Of a stretch of DNA of 64,000 bases, positions 9,134 through 19,700 are shown piece by piece; position 1 is the stretch's first letter; each line of letters opens with the position of its first letter. The notes below the pieces were generated by a model. That model made no database searches. It saw nothing but the letters and a program-made list of their open reading frames with translations, and was not told where the DNA came from. Position numbers and translations under genes: made by a program. Source of the stretch: Bacillota bacterium (GTDB lineage Bacteria > Bacillota > Proteinivoracia > UBA4975 > VEMY01); the NCBI GenBank assembly GCA_009711825.1, contig VEMY01000021.1, positions 64,976 to 128,975 of the forward strand, in the 5' to 3' direction.

Positions 9134-9346
9134 TCACGCGCTCTGCGGATCTTCATCGTCTTCCTCTTCAAAGAATCTGGTCCACTCAAAACCCAGCACT
9201 GCGGCTATTTTTTTTGCCACCTCAACGGAGGGGCGACGTTCGCCCTGTTCAATCCAGCTGTAAAAGTTTTGAGATATGCCGCACTGCTGGGCTATTAATT
9301 GTTGGGATGTATTCCCTCTAAGACGTATAAGCCAACGCCTTTGCAT
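9134..9346 (-). CDS. XRE-family HTH protein (Cro-like), first gene of the leftward early operon
   Basis: 70 aa. HTH QQLIAQQCGISQNFYSWIEQGERRPS. Divergent from the CI-like gene. Confidence 0.65.
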   Translation of the reverse strand: MQRRWLIRLRGNTSQQLIAQQCGISQNFYSWIEQGERRPSVEVAKKIAAVLGFEWTRFFEEEDDEDPQSA

Positions 9347-9479
9347 AAGTTTTCACCTCGCTTTGTATCCCGTAATGTGATGATAACACCTCAAAACGGG
9401 CTTGTCAATCACTTTATGAGATTATATGTGGTGAATTATTGACGTCTATCACTAGCTGTGATAGATTTCTTTCAAGGGG

Positions 9480-9812
9480 GTGCGTTCCATGTTAAGGATC
9501 AAGCAGTTAAGAGAGGAAAAAGGCATAAGCCAAAAAGCATTAGGGCAGATGTTTAACGTTGCACAAAATACCATAAGCAACTGGGAAAACGGGACTAGGG
9601 AGCCAGATACAGCAACATTGACGCGGCTTGCTAAGTTGTTTAATGTGAGTGTTGACTATCTACTGGGGAACACTCTTGTTCGGACCCCTGTTGAAACTAT
9701 CGCCGCGCACCGGGATGGAGAAGGGGACTGGACCCCAGAAGAGCTTGAGGACATAGAAAGATTTAAGGAGTTCGTTCGGATGAAGCGCCAAAGTGAGCAA
9801 AATAACGAGTAA
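9480..9812 (+). CDS. XRE-family HTH repressor (CI-like)
   Basis: 110 aa. HTH ISQKALGQMFNVAQNTISNWENGTREP. Confidence 0.75.
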   Translation: MRSMLRIKQLREEKGISQKALGQMFNVAQNTISNWENGTREPDTATLTRLAKLFNVSVDYLLGNTLVRTPVETIAAHRDGEGDWTPEELEDIERFKEFVRMKRQSEQNNE

Positions 9813-9931
9813 AAGCCATCTAAGACGGACAGGCCTTAGATGGCTTTTGTGCAAGTTGCAGAATCAATAATGACGATAGCTGTCACCAGGTCATGTTATT
9901 ATGATAAAAACTACTTCTGAGAGGTTGCCAA

Positions 9932-10387
9932 ATGCATGAAAAACTACTTGTTGAGGCTGAAAAAGAGCGAATCAAAGTTGTGGAATTCCCTTTTCAGAAA
10001 GTGAAGGGGTTGTACTGCGAAAAGGTTATAGGTCTTAGGCAGGGCATGACTACAGCCGAAACAGTCTGTGTTCTTGTGGAAGAGCTGGGACATTACCATA
10101 CTTCAAGTGGCGATATACTTGACCAGAGCAATATCATAAACCGGAAGCAAGAACGGCGGGCCTGCGCATGGGGGTACGAGCGCCTGGTCCCTCTGGGTAA
10201 GCTCATAAATGCCTATGAGGCTGGAGTTCAATCCCGACATGATCTAGCTGAGTATTTGACCGTAACCGAGGAATTTTTGCTGGCTGTGTTGAAGTATTAC
10301 CGGGAGAAACATGGCCTACAGCACCAGTTAGGCAATTACATAATTTATTTTGAACCGTTGATGATTTTCAAGGCTATCAATGATTGA
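9932..10387 (+). CDS. ImmA/IrrE-like metallopeptidase (DUF955-like), variant zinc motif
   Basis: 151 aa. VEELGHYH has EELGH in place of the canonical HEXXH. Directly downstream of the XRE repressor, as in ImmR/ImmA modules. Confidence 0.5.
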   Translation: MHEKLLVEAEKERIKVVEFPFQKVKGLYCEKVIGLRQGMTTAETVCVLVEELGHYHTSSGDILDQSNIINRKQERRACAWGYERLVPLGKLINAYEAGVQSRHDLAEYLTVTEEFLLAVLKYYREKHGLQHQLGNYIIYFEPLMIFKAIND

Positions 10388-10402
10388 AGGGGGTAAATCT
10401 TA

Positions 10403-11269
10403 ATGCCGGATTATTTTGTGGGTCTTGCTCTTTCGAGTATGGTTGCTATTCTTATGGGGATAAAAAAAACCTGGAGACTAACCAATAGAGGCGGGGCAGC
10501 TAATACCTTATTATTAGTTCTAATTTGCATTATAGCTTTCATCTTTTTCGGCTTTTTTTATCAGGAAGATTCTTCGAATGGGGCGTTAGGGCTTTTGGGT
10601 TTTTTGACAATTCCGCTATACATTGCCGTCAGAGAAGTGACCAAAGCAAAAAAATCTACTAACACAAGTACAGTCGTGCCAACTGGAACAGAAGAAAGAA
10701 TCGAAGCCCAAGAGGGCTTCGCAGCGCCGCTTACTGATGAAGAGCCGAATATAGAAAAACCCAATAACACAGAACCAAGCATAATGCAAAAGTTCTGTAG
10801 CGGCTGCGGTAGTCAGCTATTTGGAGCCTTTTGTTCAGAATGCGGCAGGGCTGCAAACTCAACTATGGTCACGGACACCCATGATTCAATCAATGGACAT
10901 GGCGCAGATATTGAGGCAACTCTCTCAACACAGGACAATGTTTTTATTACTCCTGGAAAATCTATAGAGAAAAAAGGGTTCTGGGCGTCAGCAATGGAGC
11001 GAGCGGACGAGCTAAACCGCCAAAAGGCAGAAGAGAAGCGGCAGCTAAAAGAACGAATCGCCCAGATGGACAGGGAAGGTAAAGCCTACTGTCCTAAGTG
11101 CTACTCCGCCGACTTGACTGCGCACAAAAAGGGGTTTGGCGCGGGTAAGGCGGCGGTAGGGGCCGTTCTCTGGCTACCTCTCGCGGCAGCAGGAGGTATC
11201 GGCTCCGGTAAAGTTAAAGTCACCTGCCTAAAGTGTGGCCACCAGTTTAGACCAGGAAAGCGGAAATAA
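10403..11269 (+). CDS. Membrane protein with two cytoplasmic zinc-ribbon motifs
   Basis: 288 aa. Two N-terminal transmembrane helices, then CSGCGSQ...CSECG and CPKC...CLKCGH. Confidence 0.6.
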   Translation: MPDYFVGLALSSMVAILMGIKKTWRLTNRGGAANTLLLVLICIIAFIFFGFFYQEDSSNGALGLLGFLTIPLYIAVREVTKAKKSTNTSTVVPTGTEERIEAQEGFAAPLTDEEPNIEKPNNTEPSIMQKFCSGCGSQLFGAFCSECGRAANSTMVTDTHDSINGHGADIEATLSTQDNVFITPGKSIEKKGFWASAMERADELNRQKAEEKRQLKERIAQMDREGKAYCPKCYSADLTAHKKGFGAGKAAVGAVLWLPLAAAGGIGSGKVKVTCLKCGHQFRPGKRK

Positions 11270-12765
11270 TGAAAGCTGTAATTTATGCCCGGTATTCTCC
11301 TGGGCCACAACAGCGAGAAGAGTCTATTGAGGGTCAAATTCGCGAATGTACGGAGTTTGCACAAAAGCAGGAACTGACCATAGTTGGCCAGTACGTAGAT
11401 AGGGCCGCAACAGGCCGGAACGATAACCGGATAGAGTTCCAGAAGATGCTGAAGGACAGCGAGAAAAGGCTATTTGATGCAGTCGTCGTCTGGAAGATTG
11501 ACCGATTTGGTCGCAGCCGTGAAGAGATCGCTGCAAACAAAGTCCGGCTTCGCCGTAACGGGGTCAAAGTTTTATATGCCAAGGAGCATATTCCTGACGG
11601 CCCGGAAGGCATTATTCTTGAAAGTCTCCTGGAAGGGTTGGCCGAGTACTATTCTGCGAACCTATCCCAAAACATTAAGCGCGGCATGCAGGAAAATGCC
11701 CTCAAGGGTTTAGTCACAGGCGGCAATGTTGCTTTGGGCTATCGAATTAATAAGGATAAAAAGTTTGAGATTGACCCGTTCACAGCGCCGATAGTCAAAG
11801 AGATTTTTACACTTTATGACGCTGGGTATACAGCCGCAGAGATTAATAAACATTTGAACAATAAAGGCTACAAAACTTCCCGTGGAGTTCCGTTTAATAA
11901 AAACTCATTCGGCACAATACTAAAGAATAAAAAATACATTGGCGTCTATACCTTTGATGGGCAGGAAACCGGCGCTGCCGTGCCTGCAATCATTAGTGAG
12001 GATCTATTTTATCGGGTACAAGCTAAACTTATCAAAAACAAAAAAGCCCCGGGAAGGGGGAAGGCTAAGGTGGACTATTTACTATCAACAAAACTTTTTT
12101 GCGGCCACTGCGGCTCTGCAATGGTCGGAGAAAGTGGAGCTGGACGGGGCAAGGTATATCACTATTACAAATGCATCAAGCGGAAAAGAGAAAAGGCTTG
12201 TGGTAAAGTGCCAGTCGCTAAGGACTGGATAGAAGATTTGGTTATTCGCGAAACAATTAATACTGTGCTAACTGATGAAGTTATCACTCTAATTTCTGAA
12301 AACATTGAGGCAATCCAGAGAAAAGAGCAAAGGGATAATCCTGTTGCCTATCTTCAGGACAAACTAAAAGAGAATGAAAAGGCCGCTAAAAACCTATTAA
12401 AAGCCATTGAACAGGGTGTATTAACTCCTACTACAAAGAGCAGGATGAAAGAACTGGAGCACGAAAAGGCGGAGCTGTTAGCAACCATAACCCAGGAACA
12501 GACTGCTAGGGTCTTTGTAACTAAAGAACAGGCCCGATACTGGCTTGAGCAATTTAGGTCTGGGGAAATCAACGACCCTGAATACCGGCGCCGGCTGGTC
12601 GACACCTTTATAAATGCTGTGTTTCTCTATGATCCTCAAGACGATGATGGAAATAAAAAGATAATTATTACTTTTAACTACACCGGGGGAACGCAAACAG
12701 TTAATATTTCGGATTTGACCCCGCCGCCTCCACCAAATAATCTACCATCTATTGATAAAAAATAA
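11269..12765 (+). CDS. Large serine recombinase (phage integrase)
   Basis: 498 aa. N-terminal resolvase catalytic domain AVIYARYSPGPQQREESIEGQ, a recombinase domain and a C-terminal zinc ribbon CGHCGS...YYKC. Confidence 0.9.
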   Translation: MKAVIYARYSPGPQQREESIEGQIRECTEFAQKQELTIVGQYVDRAATGRNDNRIEFQKMLKDSEKRLFDAVVVWKIDRFGRSREEIAANKVRLRRNGVKVLYAKEHIPDGPEGIILESLLEGLAEYYSANLSQNIKRGMQENALKGLVTGGNVALGYRINKDKKFEIDPFTAPIVKEIFTLYDAGYTAAEINKHLNNKGYKTSRGVPFNKNSFGTILKNKKYIGVYTFDGQETGAAVPAIISEDLFYRVQAKLIKNKKAPGRGKAKVDYLLSTKLFCGHCGSAMVGESGAGRGKVYHYYKCIKRKREKACGKVPVAKDWIEDLVIRETINTVLTDEVITLISENIEAIQRKEQRDNPVAYLQDKLKENEKAAKNLLKAIEQGVLTPTTKSRMKELEHEKAELLATITQEQTARVFVTKEQARYWLEQFRSGEINDPEYRRRLVDTFINAVFLYDPQDDDGNKKIIITFNYTGGTQTVNISDLTPPPPPNNLPSIDKK

Positions 12766-13080
12766 TTTATCAGCAGGTGGTTTTTATTTTGCCCAAAAGC
12801 CCAGCAATAAAGCCGTTCCTGCTATTTTAGAGGAGCGGCTTTTAATATTTACTGGGGTCTATTTCGGCGGTCATAAGAAGTAACTTTTGAATTTACCCAG
12901 GAATTTCACAGGGGTTATCGTTGAAAGTTAGCAGGGGTGTGCATATTCTGGGTCAATCGTTGAAAGATTGGATAATCGTTAGAAGATTACTAATTTTAGC
13001 GAACAGTATGCCGTTTTTCACCTAAAAAGTAATTATAATAACAACTAAAAATATAAGTAGAAATAAATTTAACATTAAAG

Positions 13081-13109
13081 TTGTAAAAATAATTACTTTG
13101 TGTTATAAT
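13081..13109 (+). promoter_or_regulatory. Strong sigma-A-type promoter with extended -10 (TTGTAA-N17-TGT-TATAAT)
   Basis: TTGTAA at 13081-13086, TGTTATAAT at 13101-13109, in an AT-rich region upstream of the Phd-like/hsdM operon. Confidence 0.6.
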
Positions 13110-13143
13110 AAATGCCATATTAAGGCAAAGGAGGAGTAACCCG

Positions 13144-13356
13144 TTGGTTGAGAAAAACGCTAAATCAAAGGTGCCAATGGAGCATCTCAACATTGCAGAG
13201 TTCAACCGTGGCCAATCCTCAAAGCTGATAAGAGGCCTGGTCGCAGATGACAAGACGGCATTCATTCAAAAAAACGGTAAGCCTATCGCAGTTGTAATGT
13301 CCAATGCTCGCTATGAACGATTGCTAAAGAAGGGAGTCGATATCAATGAATATTAA
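13144..13356 (+). CDS. Phd/YefM-family antitoxin-like small protein
   Basis: 70 aa. TTG start behind an AAAGGAGG Shine-Dalgarno. KLIRGLVADDKTAFIQKNGKPIAVVMSNARYERLL fits the Phd/YefM fold pattern. Overlaps the hsdM start by 11 nt. Confidence 0.6.
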   Translation: MVEKNAKSKVPMEHLNIAEFNRGQSSKLIRGLVADDKTAFIQKNGKPIAVVMSNARYERLLKKGVDINEY

Positions 13357-15415
13357 CATATCCGAAAAATCCAACTTTATATGGAAAATAGCGGACTTGC
13401 TTCGCGGCGATTACAAGCAGAGTGAGTATGGCGATGTTATTCTGCCGTTTACCGTGCTTTGCCGTTTGGATAGCGTACTTGCTCCAACGAAAGATGCGGT
13501 TCTGGAGGTAAACAGAACCTGCAAATTTAAAAACAAGGCTCCGTTTTTAATGAAAGCAACAAAAACAGAGAGTGTGCCTGAAGGCTATAGGTTTTATAAC
13601 GTAAGTGAATTCACATTTGCCAAACTGAAAAACGATGCTACTAACATCGCGGATAATCTCACCGATTACATAAAGGGTTTCTCGGAGAATGCCCGGACGA
13701 TATTGGAGTCTTTTGATATATACTCGCAGATTGCGCGGCTCGACAGGGCAAACTTGCTGTACCTTGTAATTTGTAAGTTTGTGGACGATATAGACCTACA
13801 CCCCGACCGCGTAAAAAATAATGAGATGGGTTATATTTTCGAGGAACTCATCCGCAAGTTTTCGGAAATGTCCAATGAAACCGCAGGTGAACACTTCACT
13901 CCGCGTGAGGTTATCCGCCTGATGGTATCTATGCTATTTAACCCAGATTTGGATAAAATTATTGACCCGGCGTTTATGGCGAAGCTTTACGACCCAGCAG
14001 CTGGAACGGGGGGGATGCTTTCGGCGGCAATAGAATATGCAGCAGAGCATTCCCCGTCAGCCATCATACGGGTTTACGGGCAAGAATTGAATGAGAAAAC
14101 CTATGCCATATGTAAATCCGACACGATGATTAAAGGAGATGGCTACGAAAACATTCATCTCGGAAACAGTTTCACCGAGGATGCTTTGCCTAGGGAGCGG
14201 TTTCACTATATGCTTTGCAATCCGCCGTTCGGCGTAGAATGGAAAAAGTATGAGAAGTTCATCCGCGATGAATCCGAGGACAAGGGCTTCGCCGGGCGTT
14301 TCGGCGCAGGACTGCCCCGCGTGTCAGACGGTTCATTGTTATTTTTGCAACACATGATAAGCAAAATGATGGAATATGACCCCGAAGCCGATGGAGTCAC
14401 CGGCTGCCGTCTTGGCATTGTCTTCAACGGCTCACCGCTCTTCACGGGCGATGCCGGAAGTGGTGAAAGCGAAATCCGCAAGTGGATTATTGAGAATGGC
14501 TGGCTCGAAACCATCATCGCACTCCCCGATCAGCTTTTCTATAACACGGGCATCTTAACCTATGTATGGATTGTGACGAATCGCAAAAAGGGCATACGAA
14601 AGGGCAAAATCCAGTTGATTGACGGCACGTCCTTTTTTGAGCGAATGAGGAAACCACTCGGCGAAAAGCGCAAGATGTTGAACGAAACCCACATCGCCGA
14701 ACTCACTAAAATCTACGGCAATTTTGTGGATGGTGAGTATTGCAAAATATTTGATGAGGATGACTTCGCCTACTGGAAGGTCACAGTGGAACGCCCGCTC
14801 CGGCTGAATTTTCAAGCCTCGCCGGAGCGCATTGAGCGTATCCGTGAGCAAACGGCGTTTGCCAACCTCGCCAAGAGCCGTAAACGCAAGCCGGAGGAAA
14901 ACGCTAAAGAAGTCGCTGAGGGTGTAAAGCAACAGGAAGCAATCCTCGCCGCCATCACCACGATTGACGGTTCCGTATTGTACAAGAACCGTGCCGAGTT
15001 CTCCAAGCTGCTCCAGAAGGCATTGAAAAAAGCGGGGCTTGATGTAAAAGCGCCTCTCATGAAAGCTATCCTTGCCGGACTGTCTGAAAAGGACGAAGCC
15101 GCCGACATTTGCACCGATGCCAAGGGGAATCCTGAACCTGATACAGATTTGCGCGATACCGAGCAAATACCATTCACAAGAAAAGTGCCGGAAAAAGAAG
15201 CCATCGACGATTACATCGAGCGGGAGGTCAAACCTTATGCGCCCGATGCATGGGTGGATTACTCCAAAACAAAAAAGGGCTATGAAATCCCGTTCACGCG
15301 CCACTTCTATAAATATGAAGAACTCGGCGATTCCGAAGAAACCTTGCTTGAAATCCAATCGCTGGGTGAGCGGATTCAGTCAGGGATTAATCGGTTGTTT
15401 GCGGAGGAGGTGTGA
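13346..15415 (+). CDS. hsdM: Type I restriction-modification methyltransferase subunit
   Basis: 689 aa. Motif I DPAAGTGGML, motif IV NPPFG, and a typical HsdM N-terminus. Confidence 0.92.
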   Translation: MNINISEKSNFIWKIADLLRGDYKQSEYGDVILPFTVLCRLDSVLAPTKDAVLEVNRTCKFKNKAPFLMKATKTESVPEGYRFYNVSEFTFAKLKNDATNIADNLTDYIKGFSENARTILESFDIYSQIARLDRANLLYLVICKFVDDIDLHPDRVKNNEMGYIFEELIRKFSEMSNETAGEHFTPREVIRLMVSMLFNPDLDKIIDPAFMAKLYDPAAGTGGMLSAAIEYAAEHSPSAIIRVYGQELNEKTYAICKSDTMIKGDGYENIHLGNSFTEDALPRERFHYMLCNPPFGVEWKKYEKFIRDESEDKGFAGRFGAGLPRVSDGSLLFLQHMISKMMEYDPEADGVTGCRLGIVFNGSPLFTGDAGSGESEIRKWIIENGWLETIIALPDQLFYNTGILTYVWIVTNRKKGIRKGKIQLIDGTSFFERMRKPLGEKRKMLNETHIAELTKIYGNFVDGEYCKIFDEDDFAYWKVTVERPLRLNFQASPERIERIREQTAFANLAKSRKRKPEENAKEVAEGVKQQEAILAAITTIDGSVLYKNRAEFSKLLQKALKKAGLDVKAPLMKAILAGLSEKDEAADICTDAKGNPEPDTDLRDTEQIPFTRKVPEKEAIDDYIEREVKPYAPDAWVDYSKTKKGYEIPFTRHFYKYEELGDSEETLLEIQSLGERIQSGINRLFAEEV

Positions 15416-15418
15416 GGT

Positions 15419-16714
15419 GTGAGCGTAGAGCGATATGTAGATTACAAGAAAAGCGGAATATCATTAGTTCCTTATATACCTCTGGAATGGGAAGCAAAAA
15501 CTCTCAAGTTCATAGCTGATTGTAATTCTCGTGTGTTATCTGAGAGAACCGATGAGGGGGCCGAAATTACATATATTGACATCAGTTCAGTGAATTACGG
15601 GCAAGGCGTTTGCAATACGCAGGAGTTTACATTTGCGAACGCTCCGAGCAGAGCGAGAAGGATTGTAAAGTCTGGTGATACAATTATCTCCACGGTAAGA
15701 ACCTACCTGAAGGCAATCGCCTATATCTCGGATGAATACGACAGCTATATCTGCTCTACAGGTTTCGCAGTTTTTACTCCAAAGAAGGGCGTGAATAGCC
15801 GGTTTCTCTTTTATGCTTTAAATGCAGATTGGTTTGTATCTGATGTTGAGCGTCATTCTGTGGGGATTAGTTACCCAGCTATAACAAGCACGGCGTTGTC
15901 TTCGCTGAAAACAATTATCCCGCCTTATAATGAGCAGGAGAAAATTGTTGCCTATCTCGACCGCCGAACCGCCGAAATTGACGGCTTACTCGCCGACCTG
16001 CACGCCCAAGCGAAGATGCTCGAACGGTATAAACGGGAACTCATTGCCGATGTGGTTACAAGTGGTTTGGATAAAGCCGCACTACGAAAAGATAGCGGCG
16101 CAGATTGGATTGGTAAAGTGCCGTCACATTGGGAAATGACCACGCTGCGAGCCTTCCTAAAAGCCGTGAGCGTTAAGAATAGTGTCGATTTACCACTGCT
16201 CTCAGTTGAGCGTGAGAAAGGCGTTGTTGACCGTGAAACGGAAGGCTCGGAGAATAATCACAACCGCATTCCCGATGACTTAAGTAATTATAAGGTTGTT
16301 CGCGCAGGGGATTTTGTTATGAACAAGATGAAGGCTTGGCGGGGATCCTATGGAGTTTCAAGATATGACGGAATCGTAAGCCCGGCGTACTTTGTGTTTG
16401 CCTTGAATTTCCCGAACCCAGCCTTCTTTAATTACGCAATACGAAGTACGAAGTATATTGGTTTTTTTGGACGGGATTCATACGGTATCCGTACCGACCA
16501 GTGGGATTTCAAAATCGAGCGGATTAAGGACATACCCTTTGCAGTACCGCCAGTTGAAGAACAACAAGCAATAGTCGAGTATCTTGACGACAAAATCCCA
16601 TTGATTGAAGGCTTAATCGCAGACATCAACGAGCAGATAGAAAAGCTGAAGCAATACCGCCAAATCGTCATCCACGATGCGGTCACGGGTAAAATTAAGG
16701 TAACGGAGGGATAG
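15419..16714 (+). CDS. hsdS: Type I restriction-modification specificity subunit
   Basis: 431 aa. Two target-recognition domains separated by conserved coiled-coil repeats. Sits between hsdM and hsdR. Confidence 0.85.
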   Translation: MSVERYVDYKKSGISLVPYIPLEWEAKTLKFIADCNSRVLSERTDEGAEITYIDISSVNYGQGVCNTQEFTFANAPSRARRIVKSGDTIISTVRTYLKAIAYISDEYDSYICSTGFAVFTPKKGVNSRFLFYALNADWFVSDVERHSVGISYPAITSTALSSLKTIIPPYNEQEKIVAYLDRRTAEIDGLLADLHAQAKMLERYKRELIADVVTSGLDKAALRKDSGADWIGKVPSHWEMTTLRAFLKAVSVKNSVDLPLLSVEREKGVVDRETEGSENNHNRIPDDLSNYKVVRAGDFVMNKMKAWRGSYGVSRYDGIVSPAYFVFALNFPNPAFFNYAIRSTKYIGFFGRDSYGIRTDQWDFKIERIKDIPFAVPPVEEQQAIVEYLDDKIPLIEGLIADINEQIEKLKQYRQIVIHDAVTGKIKVTEG

Positions 16715-16717
16715 GAA

Positions 16718-19700
16718 ATGACTATAGATACAAAAGAGCGAACCTTTGAACAGGAAATTGAATACTGGCTGACGAACGGTGCGAAAAAAACCGACCGATA
16801 CGTCAAGGGCAGTCCCTCCGAGTTTAGCCGTGAATTGGCGATGGATACAGGGGCGGTTATCGCTTTTGTGAAAGATTCACAGCCTAAAGCATGGGTGGAC
16901 TTGGAAAAACGTCACGGCGCGGATGTGGAGCGGGAGTTTTTGAAGCGCTTGTGCGCCGAACTTGACAAGCGTGGGATGATTGATGCGCTTCGCCACGGAA
17001 TCGTTGATCTTGGTGTGCCCATTCGGCTCGCCTATTTCAAGCCAGGAAGTGGTATGAACAAGAGCCTTTCGGATTTGTACGATAAAAACGTCCTCCAAAT
17101 AACACGTCAGGTCAAATACAGTACCGCCAACGAAAACTCTATCGATACGGTCATCTTTCTGAACGGACTTCCGATTATTACCATTGAACTCAAGAACCCG
17201 CTCACGGGGCAGACATACAAAAACGCCATAGACCAGTATAAAAATGACCGCAACCCGCGTGAATTATTGCTCGCTTTCAAAAAGCGGGCTATCGTGCATT
17301 TCGCTGTGGATACCGAGGAAGTCTGGATGACAACGTGGCTTAAGAAGCTGGATACAGTTTTTCTCCCGTTCAACAAAGGCTACGACAAGGGAGCGGGCAA
17401 CCCGCCTGTGAAGGGCGATTACCGCACCTCATACCTTTGGAAGGAAGTCATGCGGAAGGACAGCTTGCTCGACATCCTCCATCGCTTTGTCCAGCTAACA
17501 AAAGACGAGAAAACAGGTAAAGAGAAGCTGATATTCCCGCGCTATCACCAGTTGGACGCAGTGCGCGAAATCGTGGATGACGTTTTCAAAAACGGGTCAG
17601 GCAAGAACTACCTTATACAACATTCAGCAGGTTCAGGCAAATCAAATTCTATAGCATGGCTCGCCCATCATCTGGCAAACCTGCACGATGCCAACAACGA
17701 AGTGGTGTTCCACAGCATTATTGTAATTACCGACCGCCGTGTTCTCGACAAACAGCTGCAGCGCGACATCTACAATATGGAGCACAAGCCTGGCGTAGTT
17801 GTACGCGTCGATAAAAACTCAAAACAACTGACTACCGCTCTTGAAAAGGGAGAGAAAATCATTATCTGCACTTTGCAAAAATTCCCGTTTGTGGATGTGA
17901 AAAATGTGGCGACCGCTGGAAAACGGTTTGCAATTATTGTTGACGAAGCACACTCTTCCCAAACAGGCAAGGCGAGTGAACGGCTTAAGGAGGTTCTCGC
18001 TGACATTTCCGCACAGGGCGAGGACGCCATCGAAAAAAAGCTACACGAGTATGCCGTTGAGGAAGCGAAGGCTGAAGCCGAGGAAATGGATCCCGATGAG
18101 GAAATCGCGGCTGAAATGGCGGCGCATGGTCAGCAGGATAATCTTTCGTTTTTTGCGTTCACCGCTACACCGAAACAAAAAACGCTTGAGATATTTGGAA
18201 CAAAGACTGCCGCTGGAAAACCCGAACCGTTCCATCTTTATAGCATGAGACAGGCTATCGAGGAGGGATTCATTTTTAACGTCCTCGAAAACTATACGAC
18301 ATACGAGACCTACTTCCAAATCGGTAAGAAGATTGCCGACGACCCTGTCTATGGGAAAAGTCAGGCAAACAAGGCTCTTGGCAAGTATATGAGCTTGCAC
18401 CCGCATAACCTCGCCCAAAAGACCGAGGTCATTGTGGAACATTTCCGCAGTCAAGTTCAGCACCGTATCGGCGGCAAAGCGAAAGCGATGCTCGTTACAG
18501 GTTCGCGACTCCATGCCGTTCGTTACTTTTTTGAGTTCCAAAAGTACATCAAAAAAATGGGCTACACGGACTTGGGTGTCTTGGTGGCATTTTCCGGCAT
18601 GGTTAAAGACAATGTGACCGGAGAGTTTAAGGAATACACAGAAGCAAATCTGAACAAGTTTCCTGACACGGAAACGGTAGATAAATTCGCAACCGGGGAA
18701 TATCAGCTTCTGCTCGTCGCCGAGAAATACCAGACCGGATTTGACCAGCCGCTTCTGCACACAATGTATGTCGATAAGAAGCTGTCCGGTGTTAAGGCGG
18801 TTCAGACGCTCTCCCGGGTCAATCGAACCTGCCCCGGTAAAACGGAGACCTTTATATTGGACTTCGTCAACTCCCCGGAGGATATTGAGAAAGCGTTCCA
18901 GGATTACTATCAGGGAACCAGTGTAGCCGAGACAACCGACCCGAACACCATCTACGACATTAAAAATGTACTGGACAGCTTCATGCTATATACGGACAAC
19001 GAGATTGATGCCTTTGCCAAGGTGTTCTTTAAGGAATCAAAGACGCAGGGCAACATCGACTTGGCAAAGCTGAACTCTTTCATTGACCCTGCCGTCGACC
19101 GTTACGAGGCATTGACCGAAGAACAGGATAAAATGGACTTTAAAGGTGCGCTCTCTAAATTCATTCGCCTGTATTCATTCCTCACGCATATAATCAGCCT
19201 TGGCGATGCGAACCTCCATAAATTCTACGCTTACGCCAAATGCCTGATTCGCAAGCTGCCAAAAGATGGAGGAACACGCACACCGAGCCTTGATAACGAT
19301 GTGACACTTCAGTATTACCGTCTTCAGAGAGTATACGAGGGAACTATCAGTTTAGTAAAAGAGGACGGCGTGTTGTATGGCAAAACTTCCGGTACGGGAC
19401 TTCCTCTTGAAGATGAGCAAGAAAATCTCTCAGTGATTTTATCAAAACTCAATGAACGGCTCGGCACAAATTTCACTAACGAGGATAAGGTTCTTGAGCA
19501 GATAGTGGAGGATATGGCTACCATCGACGAATTAGTGCTACGTGCCAAGAATCCGCTTGACCTGTTCAAAATCATCTACGACAACACTATTATGGATGTC
19601 GTTCTCAGCCGCATGACTAAGAACCAAGAATTCTGCGAGAAATATCTTGAGGACGAGGAATTTCGTATAGAAATCGACAAAATACTTCTTCCCCTGGTAC

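Larger units (their letters stand above)
1..12840. mobile_element. Prophage-like element A, right arm only (continues past the left edge of the window)
   Basis: Replication module, early genes, Cro/CI switch and a serine integrase at the right end. The right boundary is uncertain, somewhere in 12.77-13.08 kb. Confidence 0.6.

Noticed and set aside
12940-12970. GGTCAATCGTTGAAAG considered as a CtsR operator (heptad GGTCAAA repeat)
   Set aside because: Only the first heptad resembles the consensus. The second repeat (TCGTTGA) does not match, and no clp or hsp gene is adjacent.
12766-13143. tRNA gene as the integration target near the integrase of element A or the right end of prophage B
   Set aside because: No cloverleaf-compatible sequence (acceptor stem / TΨC GTTC motif) could be recognised by eye in either junction region. 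A tRNAscan run would be needed before excluding one completely.
14555-15358. 267-aa minus-strand ORF (and the 130-aa ORF at 14812..15204)
   Set aside because: Entirely antisense within hsdM, whose motifs are intact on the plus strand. Phe/Cys-rich composition with no Shine-Dalgarno.
18041-18760. 239-aa minus-strand ORF
   Set aside because: Antisense inside hsdR, which has a DEAH box and Walker A motif on the plus strand.
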